Part shown: piece after piece, positions 7,808 through 17,141 of the stretch
Layout: every line of letters starts with the position of its first letter
How positions within the stretch are numbered: the first letter of the stretch is position 1
NCBI GenBank assembly: GCA_002314565.1
Contig: DCGL01000066.1
Coordinates: forward strand, 19,146-62,068
Source: Clostridiales bacterium UBA1779
GTDB lineage: Bacteria > Bacillota > Clostridia > Oscillospirales > CAG-272
Reading direction: 5' to 3'
DNA length: 42,923 nt
Notes under the pieces: model-generated
What the model was told of the DNA's origin: nothing
Databases searched by the model: none
Seen by the model: only the letters and a program-made list of their open reading frames with translations
Translations under genes and position numbers: made by a program

Positions 7808-9145
7808 GTGTCAATAGCAGAAATGAACAATTCGAACGTGCGTGAAGCCGTTGTTTTTGAAAATATTCCGGCATATGCAACTGAAAACGGAACGGTCGGA
7901 AGAGAAATGAATTTAGGACCGGGACTCGGTGACGATAAATGGACTTCCACTGATGAAGATTCATATATGAAAGTCATTGCAGGTTCTACCGAAGAAGAAT
8001 TTGACAGATATTGCCTGACGCTCGGCGGAATTTTTGAACTCCTTCTTTCAAGAGAGGAAAGAAACGGAAAGTACAGAGCTTATAAGACAACTGATATGAT
8101 ACTGTTCGTTTCTTTTGACAGAACCGACTCGACTGTCAGAGTGGTTGAAGACAAAACGTCTTGCGGAATAGGTGATACCGGCGATACGAAGGGGAACGCT
8201 GACGGAGTCATTCTTTACCAGTATTCGTTGAATTACGTGGGGTCTGCCGTTGAATACGCCGAACCGGGCTGTATGGACTGCGGAATGATGTATATCATAA
8301 AGCTTGCTGATAATTCACTCTTTCTTATTGACAGCGGTCACGGATACCAGACAACCGCAAGATCTCTCACAGCTCTGTATGAGTTTATGAAAAATGTCAG
8401 CGGGACTGAAGAAGGGAAGAAGATTCCGATTAAAGCCTGGTTTTTCACACACGCTCACGGTGACCATTGCGGAATGGCGGCCGCTTTCCTCGGACAGAAG
8501 TATCCAATGATTGAAAATCTTGAACTCCCGGATTTCAGCGATAAGGTTGAAATCGAAAAGGTTATGTTCAACTTTCCTTCGTATTGCGTGATTCGCAGAA
8601 ACTTTGCCGCGGATGAAACCTTTGCCATCAGAAAAGCATTGCGCGAAAAATTCCCTGAAGTTAAGTATTACAAGCTTCATACGGGGGAACGTTTTGACTT
8701 CCCCGGGGCATCGTTCGACGTTCTTTACACGCTTGAAGATGCTGTTGACGTGACGGGAAAATGGCCGTTCCGGGATTTCAACTCATCAAGCACGGTTCTG
8801 CGTATGCACAGCGGCGGAAAAAACCTTATGTTCCTTGCCGATATCAGTGCTGCTGCCGAAAAAATTATTCTGCGCAGATATAATGAAGACGAGCTGAAAT
8901 CAGACGTCGTTCAGATTGCACACCATTGCATCAACAATCTTGATATTTACGACAGTATTAAGGCTCCGGTGGCACTCGTTTCTACTTCACTCGGCCGTAT
9001 CAAAGAAAGACTTTGGGACAATTACCTGAGATTTGAAAAATATGCGGTGGACGGATGCCTGTTTGAAGACGAGGTAACCTGGAAAATTGATTTCGGTAAA
9101 GATAAGCTTCCGGCAGAAGCGCTTCCGAGATATGATAAACAATAA
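7808..9145 (+). CDS. MBL-fold metallo-hydrolase (ComEC/Pce-like subgroup), no signal peptide
   Basis: FLIDSG, THAHGDH (HxHxDH), FNSSSTVLR, MFLADIS, DVVQIAHH. The start may instead be ATG 7823. Confidence 0.8.
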   Translation: MSIAEMNNSNVREAVVFENIPAYATENGTVGREMNLGPGLGDDKWTSTDEDSYMKVIAGSTEEEFDRYCLTLGGIFELLLSREERNGKYRAYKTTDMILFVSFDRTDSTVRVVEDKTSCGIGDTGDTKGNADGVILYQYSLNYVGSAVEYAEPGCMDCGMMYIIKLADNSLFLIDSGHGYQTTARSLTALYEFMKNVSGTEEGKKIPIKAWFFTHAHGDHCGMAAAFLGQKYPMIENLELPDFSDKVEIEKVMFNFPSYCVIRRNFAADETFAIRKALREKFPEVKYYKLHTGERFDFPGASFDVLYTLEDAVDVTGKWPFRDFNSSSTVLRMHSGGKNLMFLADISAAAEKIILRRYNEDELKSDVVQIAHHCINNLDIYDSIKAPVALVSTSLGRIKERLWDNYLRFEKYAVDGCLFEDEVTWKIDFGKDKLPAEALPRYDKQ

Positions 9146-9198
9146 TGTTTGCTTTTTATTAAAATATTAAACTCTATCAAAAAGAAAGGAAAACGACA

Positions 9199-10713
9199 AT
9201 GAAAAAGAAAACAGCAACAATTTTCTCGCTTATTCTGTGCTTCCTCATGATTTTATCACTTGTATGTTCATGCGGACAGACAACGCAGACAACAGCAGAG
9301 ACTTCTGCTGCCGCCGGTACTGCTGCACAGACTGCTGAAGGAACAACTCCTTCAACCGTTGACGAAGAAGGCTATCTTCTCTCAGACCTTCCCGCACTTG
9401 ACTATTCGGCAGATCCCGACGTAAACATTCTTTACTGGAGTGACGTTGAAATGCCGGAATTCACGTCTGAGGGAGTCAGCGGCGAAATCATCGACAGCGC
9501 TATTTTCTCAAGAAACACGAGAGTTGAAGAAATTCTGAAAGTCAAGCTCAATTGGGTTCCCCAGGCAGGAAGAAACTCTGCGCTATCCGAATATTGCTCA
9601 AAGGTTCACAACATTATTGCTTCGGGAAATCATGAAGCAGACATACTTGCCGGATACAGCCAGACGATTGCTTCCGCAACTTATGCAGGAAATACGCTGA
9701 ATCTGAGCAAGAACGCTTATATCGACTTTGAAAAGCCCTGGTGGCCGAAGAGCCTTACCGATGAAGCAAAAATCGGCGATAACATCTATTTTGTTTCGGG
9801 CGATATTTCGACAAATGCTCTGTATTTTATGTACTGCACCTTCTTCAACAAGCAGATGCTGACAGATTACAATCTTGAAAATCCTTATGACCTTGTTGAA
9901 AACAATCAGTGGACCATTGATAAGATGCTCACAATGGCTACAGGCATTTATGCTGACGTTAACGGTTCAAATGCCAAGGATTATGGTGATAAATTCGGTG
10001 TAATTATTCCCTGGCTTTCAATCGACGCTTATTTCTACAGCTGCGGACTTCGCACCGTTGACCATACGGATACCGGACTGATTACTGTTTCCGAATCATA
10101 TATCGGTGAAAAAGCTCAGGACCTTGTAGAACAGCTTAACAAGATTCTGTTCCAGGGCAACGACGGTCTGTGGAAGAAAGAGGATACCGGTACGATCAAC
10201 GACCAGTTTGCAACCGGACTCGTTCTGTTCTTCACACAGAGAACGAAGGATGCCATCAATCACTTCTCACAGGATCCGAGCCTTTCTTACGGTATCGTTC
10301 CCACGCCAAAATACGATTCCAATCAGGAAAACTTCCTTACCTGCGAAGCCAACCCATTCACTCTTTATGCCCTTATCAAGGACTGTGAAGACGAAGACAA
10401 GATGGGAGCCGTTCTTGAATGTATGGCTTCAACTGCGTACCGCACAACCAGCCCCGCTCTTTATGAAGTTACTCTGAAGTCAAGATATGCTCAGGATGCC
10501 ATTACTTCACGTATGTATGACATAATAAGAGCCAATATTGTATTTGACGTAGGAAGAATTTTCGGTACTTCTCTCAACCAGTATACACAGACTGAATTCA
10601 GAAACCTCGTCGGTGCAGGACAGACGAACTGGACGGTAACTGCAAAGAAATTTGCACCTACTCTTCAGATTTATCTTGATATGATGAACGACGAACTCGG
10701 TTCCACGGATTAA
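9199..10713 (+). CDS. Extracellular solute-binding lipoprotein
   Basis: Lipobox VCSC, T/A-rich tether, motifs IDFEKPWW, NQWTIDKM, SYGIVPTPKYD; AAGGA RBS. Confidence 0.8.
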   Translation: MKKKTATIFSLILCFLMILSLVCSCGQTTQTTAETSAAAGTAAQTAEGTTPSTVDEEGYLLSDLPALDYSADPDVNILYWSDVEMPEFTSEGVSGEIIDSAIFSRNTRVEEILKVKLNWVPQAGRNSALSEYCSKVHNIIASGNHEADILAGYSQTIASATYAGNTLNLSKNAYIDFEKPWWPKSLTDEAKIGDNIYFVSGDISTNALYFMYCTFFNKQMLTDYNLENPYDLVENNQWTIDKMLTMATGIYADVNGSNAKDYGDKFGVIIPWLSIDAYFYSCGLRTVDHTDTGLITVSESYIGEKAQDLVEQLNKILFQGNDGLWKKEDTGTINDQFATGLVLFFTQRTKDAINHFSQDPSLSYGIVPTPKYDSNQENFLTCEANPFTLYALIKDCEDEDKMGAVLECMASTAYRTTSPALYEVTLKSRYAQDAITSRMYDIIRANIVFDVGRIFGTSLNQYTQTEFRNLVGAGQTNWTVTAKKFAPTLQIYLDMMNDELGSTD

Positions 10714-10784
10714 TTGATATATCAAATGGAACTCGGTTATCGCAAGAAATTTCAGTAAAACAGCTCTGTTTCAGGCAAAAAAAC

Positions 10785-10813
10785 TTGACAACTTTGCCAC
10801 AGAGTAGTATAAT
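10785..10813 (+). promoter_or_regulatory. Sigma-A promoter of the surface protein gene
   Basis: Perfect TTGACA-N17-TATAAT. Confidence 0.85.
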
Positions 10814-10831
10814 CGAATAAAGCTTCCGCAC

Positions 10832-10849
10832 AAAATGATATATCATTTT
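10832..10849. promoter_or_regulatory. Palindromic candidate operator AAAATGATATATCATTTT
   Basis: Perfect 18-bp palindrome just downstream of the -10; a related site is at 10712-10727. Confidence 0.65.
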
Positions 10850-10909
10850 TGCGTGAACTTTAAATAAACGACATTCTTATTATGTTTCAATTCTGAAAGG
10901 AGAATCGAA

Positions 10910-12400
10910 ATGAAAAAGTCACTCGTTATTTTGCTCGTTCTTGCAGTCGTTATGCAGTGCCTCGCACTCACAGCAGCTGCTGCTCCTGCCGGTGAAAAGA
11001 TTGTTACTGCTGCCGATCTCGCAGCAATGAAGGCCGACGGTAAGTATTATCTTGCCAACGACGTTCTCGTAACCGGTAAGTGGTCATCCATTGAAAACTT
11101 CAGCGGCACACTTGACGGCAACGGATACGCCATCGTATTTGCCGGTGCCACGGTTTCCGGCGGTCTCTTCAACAGCCTTGCCGGCGGTACAGTCAAGAAC
11201 CTCTATCTTTGCGAGAATCTTGATGCTGCCAAGGGCGGAGCAGAGAACACATTCAAGATCAAAGTCGGTGCCGACGGTTCCTTCTATCTCGGCGTTCTTG
11301 CTGATGTCGGTTACGGAACAATTGAAAACGTTGTCAGTGACGTAACTCTCGGCGACAACACTCTCATCGGTACAGCCAACGTCGGCGGTATCATCGGCGC
11401 CATGAACGGCGGCGAACTCAAGATTTCCTACTGCCGCAATAACAGCCCCGTTTTCGGCGGTAAGTATGCTGCCGGTATCCTTGCCACAGCATTTGACGCC
11501 AAGTCCTATAATCTCACAGTTACCAACTGTGTAAACTATGCAACAATCTGCGGTGCCAACTCCTGCGGCGGTATTGTCGGTCACACCAACGGCGGTGCTC
11601 TTTCCCAGACAGTTGAATACTGCGCTAACTACGGCGACGTTTATGATACTTCAAACAACCAGTCCGGCGGTATCATCGGTTACCTCAAGCCCGCTGACGC
11701 CACCGGTGTTCTTACCGTAAGATACAATATCAACTACGGTAAAGCATACGTCACCACAACAGCTGCACAGAATGCAGGTATTATGGCCAGAGCAAACGTT
11801 AACGGCGGTACACTTATCATCCGCGGTAACGTTAACCACGGTTCCGTTCCTCTTATGGAAGGTCAGACCGGTGCTAACCAGAACATTTTCGCACAGCTTT
11901 CCGGCACACCTGCCGAAGGCTCAATGATCAAAGAAAACTACGCCGATTCTCTTGACGGACATCTTGCCGGAAAGAACACTCCCGAAGGCGGAAACGGTGA
12001 AGTCCTTGATTCCGTTACACTTCTTGCCCTTGTCGGCAACGCAATGTTCCAGGACGGCTCACAGATGATGCTTTCATGGATGCTCGATTACAAGATCGAC
12101 AAGACCTTCACAAAGTACGCATTCGACCTGACAGCCTGCAATGCAGCCACAACTCCCGTAACAACTGCTGCTGTTACAACAGCTGCTCCTGTTGAAACAA
12201 AGGCTCCCGAAACAAAGGCTCCTGCAACTGAAGTTACTGCTGTTACTGAGGCTCCTGCCGAAACAGAAGCTCCTGCAGAAACACAGGCTACTGCCGAAAC
12301 AGAAGCCCCGAAGGCAAGCGGATGCGGTGCTTCCGTGTCTCTTGCAGTCGTAGCCGCTGCTGCCGCTGCTGCATACGTTTTCTCAAAGAAGAATCATTGA
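10910..12400 (+). CDS. Secreted surface protein with GLUG-like beta-helix repeats, T/A/E/P-rich linker and C-terminal membrane anchor
   Basis: Signal peptide ending in AAAA; FSGTLDGNGY; repeated GGIIG/GGIVG...C.NYG; ETEAPA/ETKAP repeats; tail KASGCGASVSLAVVAAAAAAAYVFSKKNH. Confidence 0.75.
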   Translation: MKKSLVILLVLAVVMQCLALTAAAAPAGEKIVTAADLAAMKADGKYYLANDVLVTGKWSSIENFSGTLDGNGYAIVFAGATVSGGLFNSLAGGTVKNLYLCENLDAAKGGAENTFKIKVGADGSFYLGVLADVGYGTIENVVSDVTLGDNTLIGTANVGGIIGAMNGGELKISYCRNNSPVFGGKYAAGILATAFDAKSYNLTVTNCVNYATICGANSCGGIVGHTNGGALSQTVEYCANYGDVYDTSNNQSGGIIGYLKPADATGVLTVRYNINYGKAYVTTTAAQNAGIMARANVNGGTLIIRGNVNHGSVPLMEGQTGANQNIFAQLSGTPAEGSMIKENYADSLDGHLAGKNTPEGGNGEVLDSVTLLALVGNAMFQDGSQMMLSWMLDYKIDKTFTKYAFDLTACNAATTPVTTAAVTTAAPVETKAPETKAPATEVTAVTEAPAETEAPAETQATAETEAPKASGCGASVSLAVVAAAAAAAYVFSKKNH

Positions 12401-12437
12401 TTCCGATTTGTCATAACGAATAAAGCATAATATTATT

Positions 12438-12475
12438 GCCGTCGGAAACCAACAGGTTTCCGACGGCTGTTTTTT
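12438..12475 (+). terminator. Rho-independent terminator
   Basis: GCCGTCGGAAACC-AACA-GGTTTCCGACGGC followed by TGTTTTTT. Confidence 0.9.
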
Positions 12476-12511
12476 ATTTAATTATATGTATAATTTGCAC
12501 GTTTTGGGTAG

Positions 12512-12540
12512 TTGACATTTGCAATATCAAGTGATATAAT
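12512..12540 (+). promoter_or_regulatory. Sigma-A promoter of the regulator-GH125 operon
   Basis: TTGACA-N17-TATAAT with TGn extension; candidate operators at 12538-12553 and 12570-12585. Confidence 0.85.
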
Positions 12541-12622
12541 TGGCATATCAAATTAACTGTCAACATATCATATGACATAACAAATATTGATTTGATAATT
12601 ATCAGTAAAGTGAGACTGGAAG

Positions 12623-13738
12623 ATGAAGACGCCAAAGTATCAGCAGATTATTAATAATATCACGGAAAAGATTAATTCCGCAGTGCTCAAGCCGGGGGAC
12701 AGGCTTCCGACTGAAAAGCAACTGTCTGAGCAGTACGGCGTCAGCAGAATCGTTGCAAGCAACGCCATGGCCAAGCTGGTTGACAAGGGGCTTGTTGAAA
12801 GAGTGCAGGGCAGAGGCTCGTTCGTTTCAGAAAAGCATCAGAACCTTTATAAGAAAATCAGGGATGACGTAAATATTGCCATTGTAATGCCTGAAATCAG
12901 TTCTCCTTTCAATATCAGCCTGAGTCACAATCTGAATGAAGCTGCTCAGAAAGCGGGTATGAGATGCGCTTTTTACCTGACAGGCAATGAGCTTGATACT
13001 GAAGTGGATGACGTAACTTTCGTTACCCGTGCTTTTGAAAACGGCAGGGTATATGACGGTTTACTGCTGTTTTCATGCAGCCGTAACGTTTATAACAAAC
13101 ATATACTCGATATAGTTGATAAAAAAGTGCCGACGGTTCTGATTGACCGTTATCTTCCCGGTATCCCTCTGCCCTGTGTTCAGACAGATAACGTCAAAGC
13201 CGTCAGAATGGCTACTGCAGAGCTTATAAGCCTCGGTCACAGAAAAATTGCCGTATGTATGGCCTCTTCAGGTATCGTATCATCGCTGGCTGAACGCACC
13301 GAGGGCTTTATTCAGGAAATGTGCGAGCAGAAGATAATGATTGATCCTTCAATGGTTATCAAAGAACTGTGCGAAGAGAAAAATCAGCAGAAACTTATTG
13401 AGATGATTAAAGAAGGCAGGGCAACAGCCGTAATCTGCCTGAATTCAGGAACATATTCACTTGTCAGAAAGATTGTCAATAAAAGCGGACTTAAATGTCC
13501 GGATGATGTGTCATTAATGGCAATAGACAAATACGGTTCCCCCGAGCTTTTTTCAAATTATGCCGCGGATACAAGCTGCATAATTCAGGATACTCAGAGA
13601 ATTGCTGCCGAAGGCATAGCAATGCTGAAAAAGCTTATGGATAATGATGCCGAGACCTGCAATAACCCGCAGAAAATATTGATTGCTCCCTCATTTTCAA
13701 AGGGAAATACAATCGGAAAGCCGAAAAGTCATGATTAA
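12623..13738 (+). CDS. AraR-like transcriptional regulator (GntR wHTH plus LacI-type sugar-binding domain)
   Basis: N-terminal PKYQQI...LKPGDRLPTEKQLSEQYGVSRI...RVQGRGSFV; C-terminal PTVLIDR...VQTDN...LGHRKIA...PDDVSLMAID. Confidence 0.9.
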   Translation: MKTPKYQQIINNITEKINSAVLKPGDRLPTEKQLSEQYGVSRIVASNAMAKLVDKGLVERVQGRGSFVSEKHQNLYKKIRDDVNIAIVMPEISSPFNISLSHNLNEAAQKAGMRCAFYLTGNELDTEVDDVTFVTRAFENGRVYDGLLLFSCSRNVYNKHILDIVDKKVPTVLIDRYLPGIPLPCVQTDNVKAVRMATAELISLGHRKIAVCMASSGIVSSLAERTEGFIQEMCEQKIMIDPSMVIKELCEEKNQQKLIEMIKEGRATAVICLNSGTYSLVRKIVNKSGLKCPDDVSLMAIDKYGSPELFSNYAADTSCIIQDTQRIAAEGIAMLKKLMDNDAETCNNPQKILIAPSFSKGNTIGKPKSHD

Positions 13739-14990
13739 GATTCCGGAAACCGTATACAGACATATAGATGAATACGCTGCAAAAGCCGAAAAATACTCAA
13801 AAAAACTTGCAGCCCTTTACAGAAACTGTTATCCGAATACGCTGCAGACGGCCCTGATTCCCGGGGCTGACGGCAGTCTTTTTGTCCTGACAGGTGATAT
13901 CCCCGCTATGTGGCTCAGAGATTCCACAGCACAGGTCTCTCACTATATTCGGGAGGCGGCAAAGGACAGTGAACTGGCTGATATCATTAAGGCTGTAATA
14001 AAAAGGCAGCTGAGATACATCCCATATGACCCTTATGCCAATGCCTTCAATGAGACTTCAAACGGAAAAGGCCACATCAAGGATGTTCCCAAGCCCGATC
14101 CGCTTGTGTGGGAACGCAAGTACGAGATTGATTCGCTCTGCTACCCGATAAGACTGCTTTATTTGTATGTAAAATATACGCAAGACCGTTCCGTGCTTGA
14201 CGGTGATTTCAGATATGCTGCGGCTGCAATACTGAAACTTTGGAGGACAGAGCAGCATCATACAGAAAAATCGACATATAAGTTTTACAGAGAATGTGCA
14301 GGCCCCAAGGATACGGTAAATCACGTTGAAGCTTATACCGGAATGACCTGGTCGGGGTTCAGGCCGAGCGACGATGCCTGCAGATACGGTTATCTTATTC
14401 CTTCAAATCTCTTTGCAGCCCACGAGCTTTCAGAACTTTCAGAACTGCTCGGCGATGACCCGATGAGTGCGGAATGTCTCTCTCTTCGTGCCGAAATACT
14501 TGAAGGAGTACAAAAATTCGGCACAGTCGAACACCCGAAATACGGACGTATATATGCCTGCGAGACTGACGGTCTCGGCCACTGTTCCTTGCTCGACGAT
14601 GCAAACGTTCCGAGCTTGCTTTCACTTCCGTACCTCGGCTGCGTGTCCGCGGATGATGAAATCTATGCAAACACCAGAAGGTTTATTCTGAGTCACGACA
14701 ATCCCTATTACTACGAAGGAAAGTATGCCAAGGGAATCGGCAGCCCCCACACTCCCGAAGGATATATATGGCATATTGCACTTGCAATGCAGGGATTGAC
14801 TTCCAATGACCCCGCAGAAGTAAAATCTCTTATTGATATGCTGATAAATACGGATGCAGATACCGGCTTTATGCACGAAGGCTTCTGTGCCGATGACCCG
14901 ACAAAATTTACCCGCAGCCATTTCTGCTGGGCGAATTCACTATTTGCAGAATTCGTTGAATATGCACTTGACAAGGGATTTATCGGTTGA
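13731..14990 (+). CDS. Glycoside hydrolase family 125 (exo-alpha-1,6-mannosidase)
   Basis: TGDIPAMWLRDS, WERKYEIDSLCYP, WSGFRPSDDAC, DDANVPSLLSLPYLG, GIGSPHTP, WANSLFAE. ATG 13731 overlaps the end of the regulator gene. Confidence 0.92.
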   Translation: MIKIPETVYRHIDEYAAKAEKYSKKLAALYRNCYPNTLQTALIPGADGSLFVLTGDIPAMWLRDSTAQVSHYIREAAKDSELADIIKAVIKRQLRYIPYDPYANAFNETSNGKGHIKDVPKPDPLVWERKYEIDSLCYPIRLLYLYVKYTQDRSVLDGDFRYAAAAILKLWRTEQHHTEKSTYKFYRECAGPKDTVNHVEAYTGMTWSGFRPSDDACRYGYLIPSNLFAAHELSELSELLGDDPMSAECLSLRAEILEGVQKFGTVEHPKYGRIYACETDGLGHCSLLDDANVPSLLSLPYLGCVSADDEIYANTRRFILSHDNPYYYEGKYAKGIGSPHTPEGYIWHIALAMQGLTSNDPAEVKSLIDMLINTDADTGFMHEGFCADDPTKFTRSHFCWANSLFAEFVEYALDKGFIG

Positions 14991-15010
14991 TATAAATCAT
15001 TGATTTAGAA

Positions 15011-17014
15011 ATGAAGATGAACAGAATGAAAATAAACAGACAAACAAACGTTTACATAATACTGCTTTCACTGATTCTGCTTTTTTCGATGCTTGTTTCC
15101 TGCGGCGAAAATACCGTCAGCGAAATAACGACTGCAATAAGCGAAATCTCCCAAACAGAGGCAGAAAGCAATACGTCAGAGCAAACTGCAGCTATTACAA
15201 GCGCAGACACGACTCCCGTTATCAACGGAATAAAAGATATGCTCAGCGCATATCCGGATGGAAATATCGGAAAAGCATACAATTGCGGTACGGCAAGAAA
15301 CAGCGACCAGACAGAGGCGGCAGGGGACGAAAGTCATCTTTACGTTATTCAGAAAACCGACCTGAATTCATTCAATACGTTTGCTCAGACGCTTGAATCA
15401 AACGGATATACCCGGTATTTCAGCCGCGAATTCGACGGAAACACGGCATACGGCTTTACCAAAGACGGTAAAATTTACTATGCGTATTTTTCCGAACTCC
15501 TTGAAACCGCAAGAATCATTGACGATACTGCAAACGTTGCTCTCCTGTCTGAATTAAAACAGACGGCGGGAAATGAAAAGGTTGAGTTTTATCAGTATTC
15601 AATCGACTACGTCAGAGGGGATACTTATAATACGAACGACAACGCCTGGATGATTAACTGCGGTATGTGCTACGTCATAAAGCTTGCCGACAACAGCCTT
15701 TTCATAATTGACGGAGGCCACAAAACCCAGTCATCAGACGATGCGCTTGAAAGCTTTGATGTTTTTCTTCATAACATCTGCGGCAAGAACATTGACGAGA
15801 AGCTTACAATCAACGGCTGGTATTTTACCCATGCTCACGGTGACCACGTTTATTTCACCTACGCATTTCTGACAAAATTTCACGAGAAGTATGACCTTGT
15901 GAATGCCTTCTGGAATTTCCCGAGTTTTCAGACAATGGGTTCAGGCTATGATTCCGGAACGTTCACGATGAAGCTTTCAATCAACAAGTACTATCCGGAC
16001 GCAACAGTATACAAGCTTCATACCGGGCAGACTTTTACCTTGCCGGGAGTTGACTTCGAGGTTATTTATACTCATGAAGACAACGCCACGTTTGAAGGCG
16101 GTACCAATATTTCGGATTTCAACGCTTCATCAACCGTTCTGAGAATTCATATAGGCGGTAAGACGTTTATGATGCTCGGCGATATTTCAACGGTTGCCGA
16201 GACTGCTATTTGCTCACGCTATTCCAATGCCTTTCTTAAATCCGACGCAGTCCAGCTTGCCCACCATTGCTATAATCAGGTTGATGCCGTCTACCGTGCG
16301 GTAAGTGCCGATCTGATATTGGTTCCCAATTCAAAGGAGGGATATCAGTCAAATTATTCAAAAGTGGCGTCGGCCGTTTCTTATGCCAAAACTCCGCAGA
16401 TACTGACGGCAGGCGAATTCACCTATAAGATTGTTGTTGACGGTTCGGATTTTACCGCATCGAAAATCGCGAGATATACAGAGCAGTACGCATTTACAAA
16501 GCCTTCAGACCTTTCGTTCAACGGGCTGTGCGTTGAAGAAACGCCGGTTGACACCAAGTTTTTGAACGGCACGAAGGAACTGAGCGAACAGATACACGTC
16601 AAATCCATAGTCGGAACAAGAGGAGCCCAGAAGTCAGAGTCCCCCTCATATCTTTTTGACAGCAGCTCCGGTTCAAAGTGGTGCGTTACAAATACCACTT
16701 CCTGCGGTGTAGGATTTATGACCAAGAGTCCCGTAACCGTCAACGGATACCGTCTTTATACTGCCGGGGACACGGCAACGTATCCGGGAAGAAGTCCGGT
16801 TTCATGGACACTGTATGCATCTGTTGACGGAAAAAACTGGGTTGTGCTTGATACGGTTTATAAGTGCCATCTGAGTACTGCAGCCGGCGCTTACAGTACT
16901 TTTGCAATCGATAATCCAGGAACGTATCAGTACTTCTATCTGCAGATTCATTCTGTTGAAAACGGTACTACTATTCAGCTTGCGGATCTCAGAATGTACG
17001 GAACGGTTCAGTAA
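15011..17014 (+). CDS. Lipoprotein MBL-fold hydrolase with C-terminal F5/8 type C (discoidin/CBM32-like) domain
   Basis: Lipobox LVSC; THAHGDH; FNASSTVLR...MLGDIS...DAVQLAHH; C-terminal LFDSSSGSKWC...YRLYTAGD...SPVSWTLYASVDGKNWVVLD. Start uncertain among three Met codons. Confidence 0.8.
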   Translation: MKMNRMKINRQTNVYIILLSLILLFSMLVSCGENTVSEITTAISEISQTEAESNTSEQTAAITSADTTPVINGIKDMLSAYPDGNIGKAYNCGTARNSDQTEAAGDESHLYVIQKTDLNSFNTFAQTLESNGYTRYFSREFDGNTAYGFTKDGKIYYAYFSELLETARIIDDTANVALLSELKQTAGNEKVEFYQYSIDYVRGDTYNTNDNAWMINCGMCYVIKLADNSLFIIDGGHKTQSSDDALESFDVFLHNICGKNIDEKLTINGWYFTHAHGDHVYFTYAFLTKFHEKYDLVNAFWNFPSFQTMGSGYDSGTFTMKLSINKYYPDATVYKLHTGQTFTLPGVDFEVIYTHEDNATFEGGTNISDFNASSTVLRIHIGGKTFMMLGDISTVAETAICSRYSNAFLKSDAVQLAHHCYNQVDAVYRAVSADLILVPNSKEGYQSNYSKVASAVSYAKTPQILTAGEFTYKIVVDGSDFTASKIARYTEQYAFTKPSDLSFNGLCVEETPVDTKFLNGTKELSEQIHVKSIVGTRGAQKSESPSYLFDSSSGSKWCVTNTTSCGVGFMTKSPVTVNGYRLYTAGDTATYPGRSPVSWTLYASVDGKNWVVLDTVYKCHLSTAAGAYSTFAIDNPGTYQYFYLQIHSVENGTTIQLADLRMYGTVQ

Positions 17015-17141
17015 ATTATTACGGACAGTCACAGCCGGTTTTTGCGTTACAAAACGTCTGACTGCACAATGAACCCGTCCGGTTCGGACGGCTCGTAAAC
17101 CAATAAATCATTCAAAGATAATATAAAAGAGGTATCCTATT

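Noticed and set aside
7808-9145. Metallo-beta-lactamase resistance gene
   Set aside because: Downstream motifs (NxxSxV, AD/GD, AHH) fit the ComEC/Pce-like subgroup, and the context is sugar utilisation.
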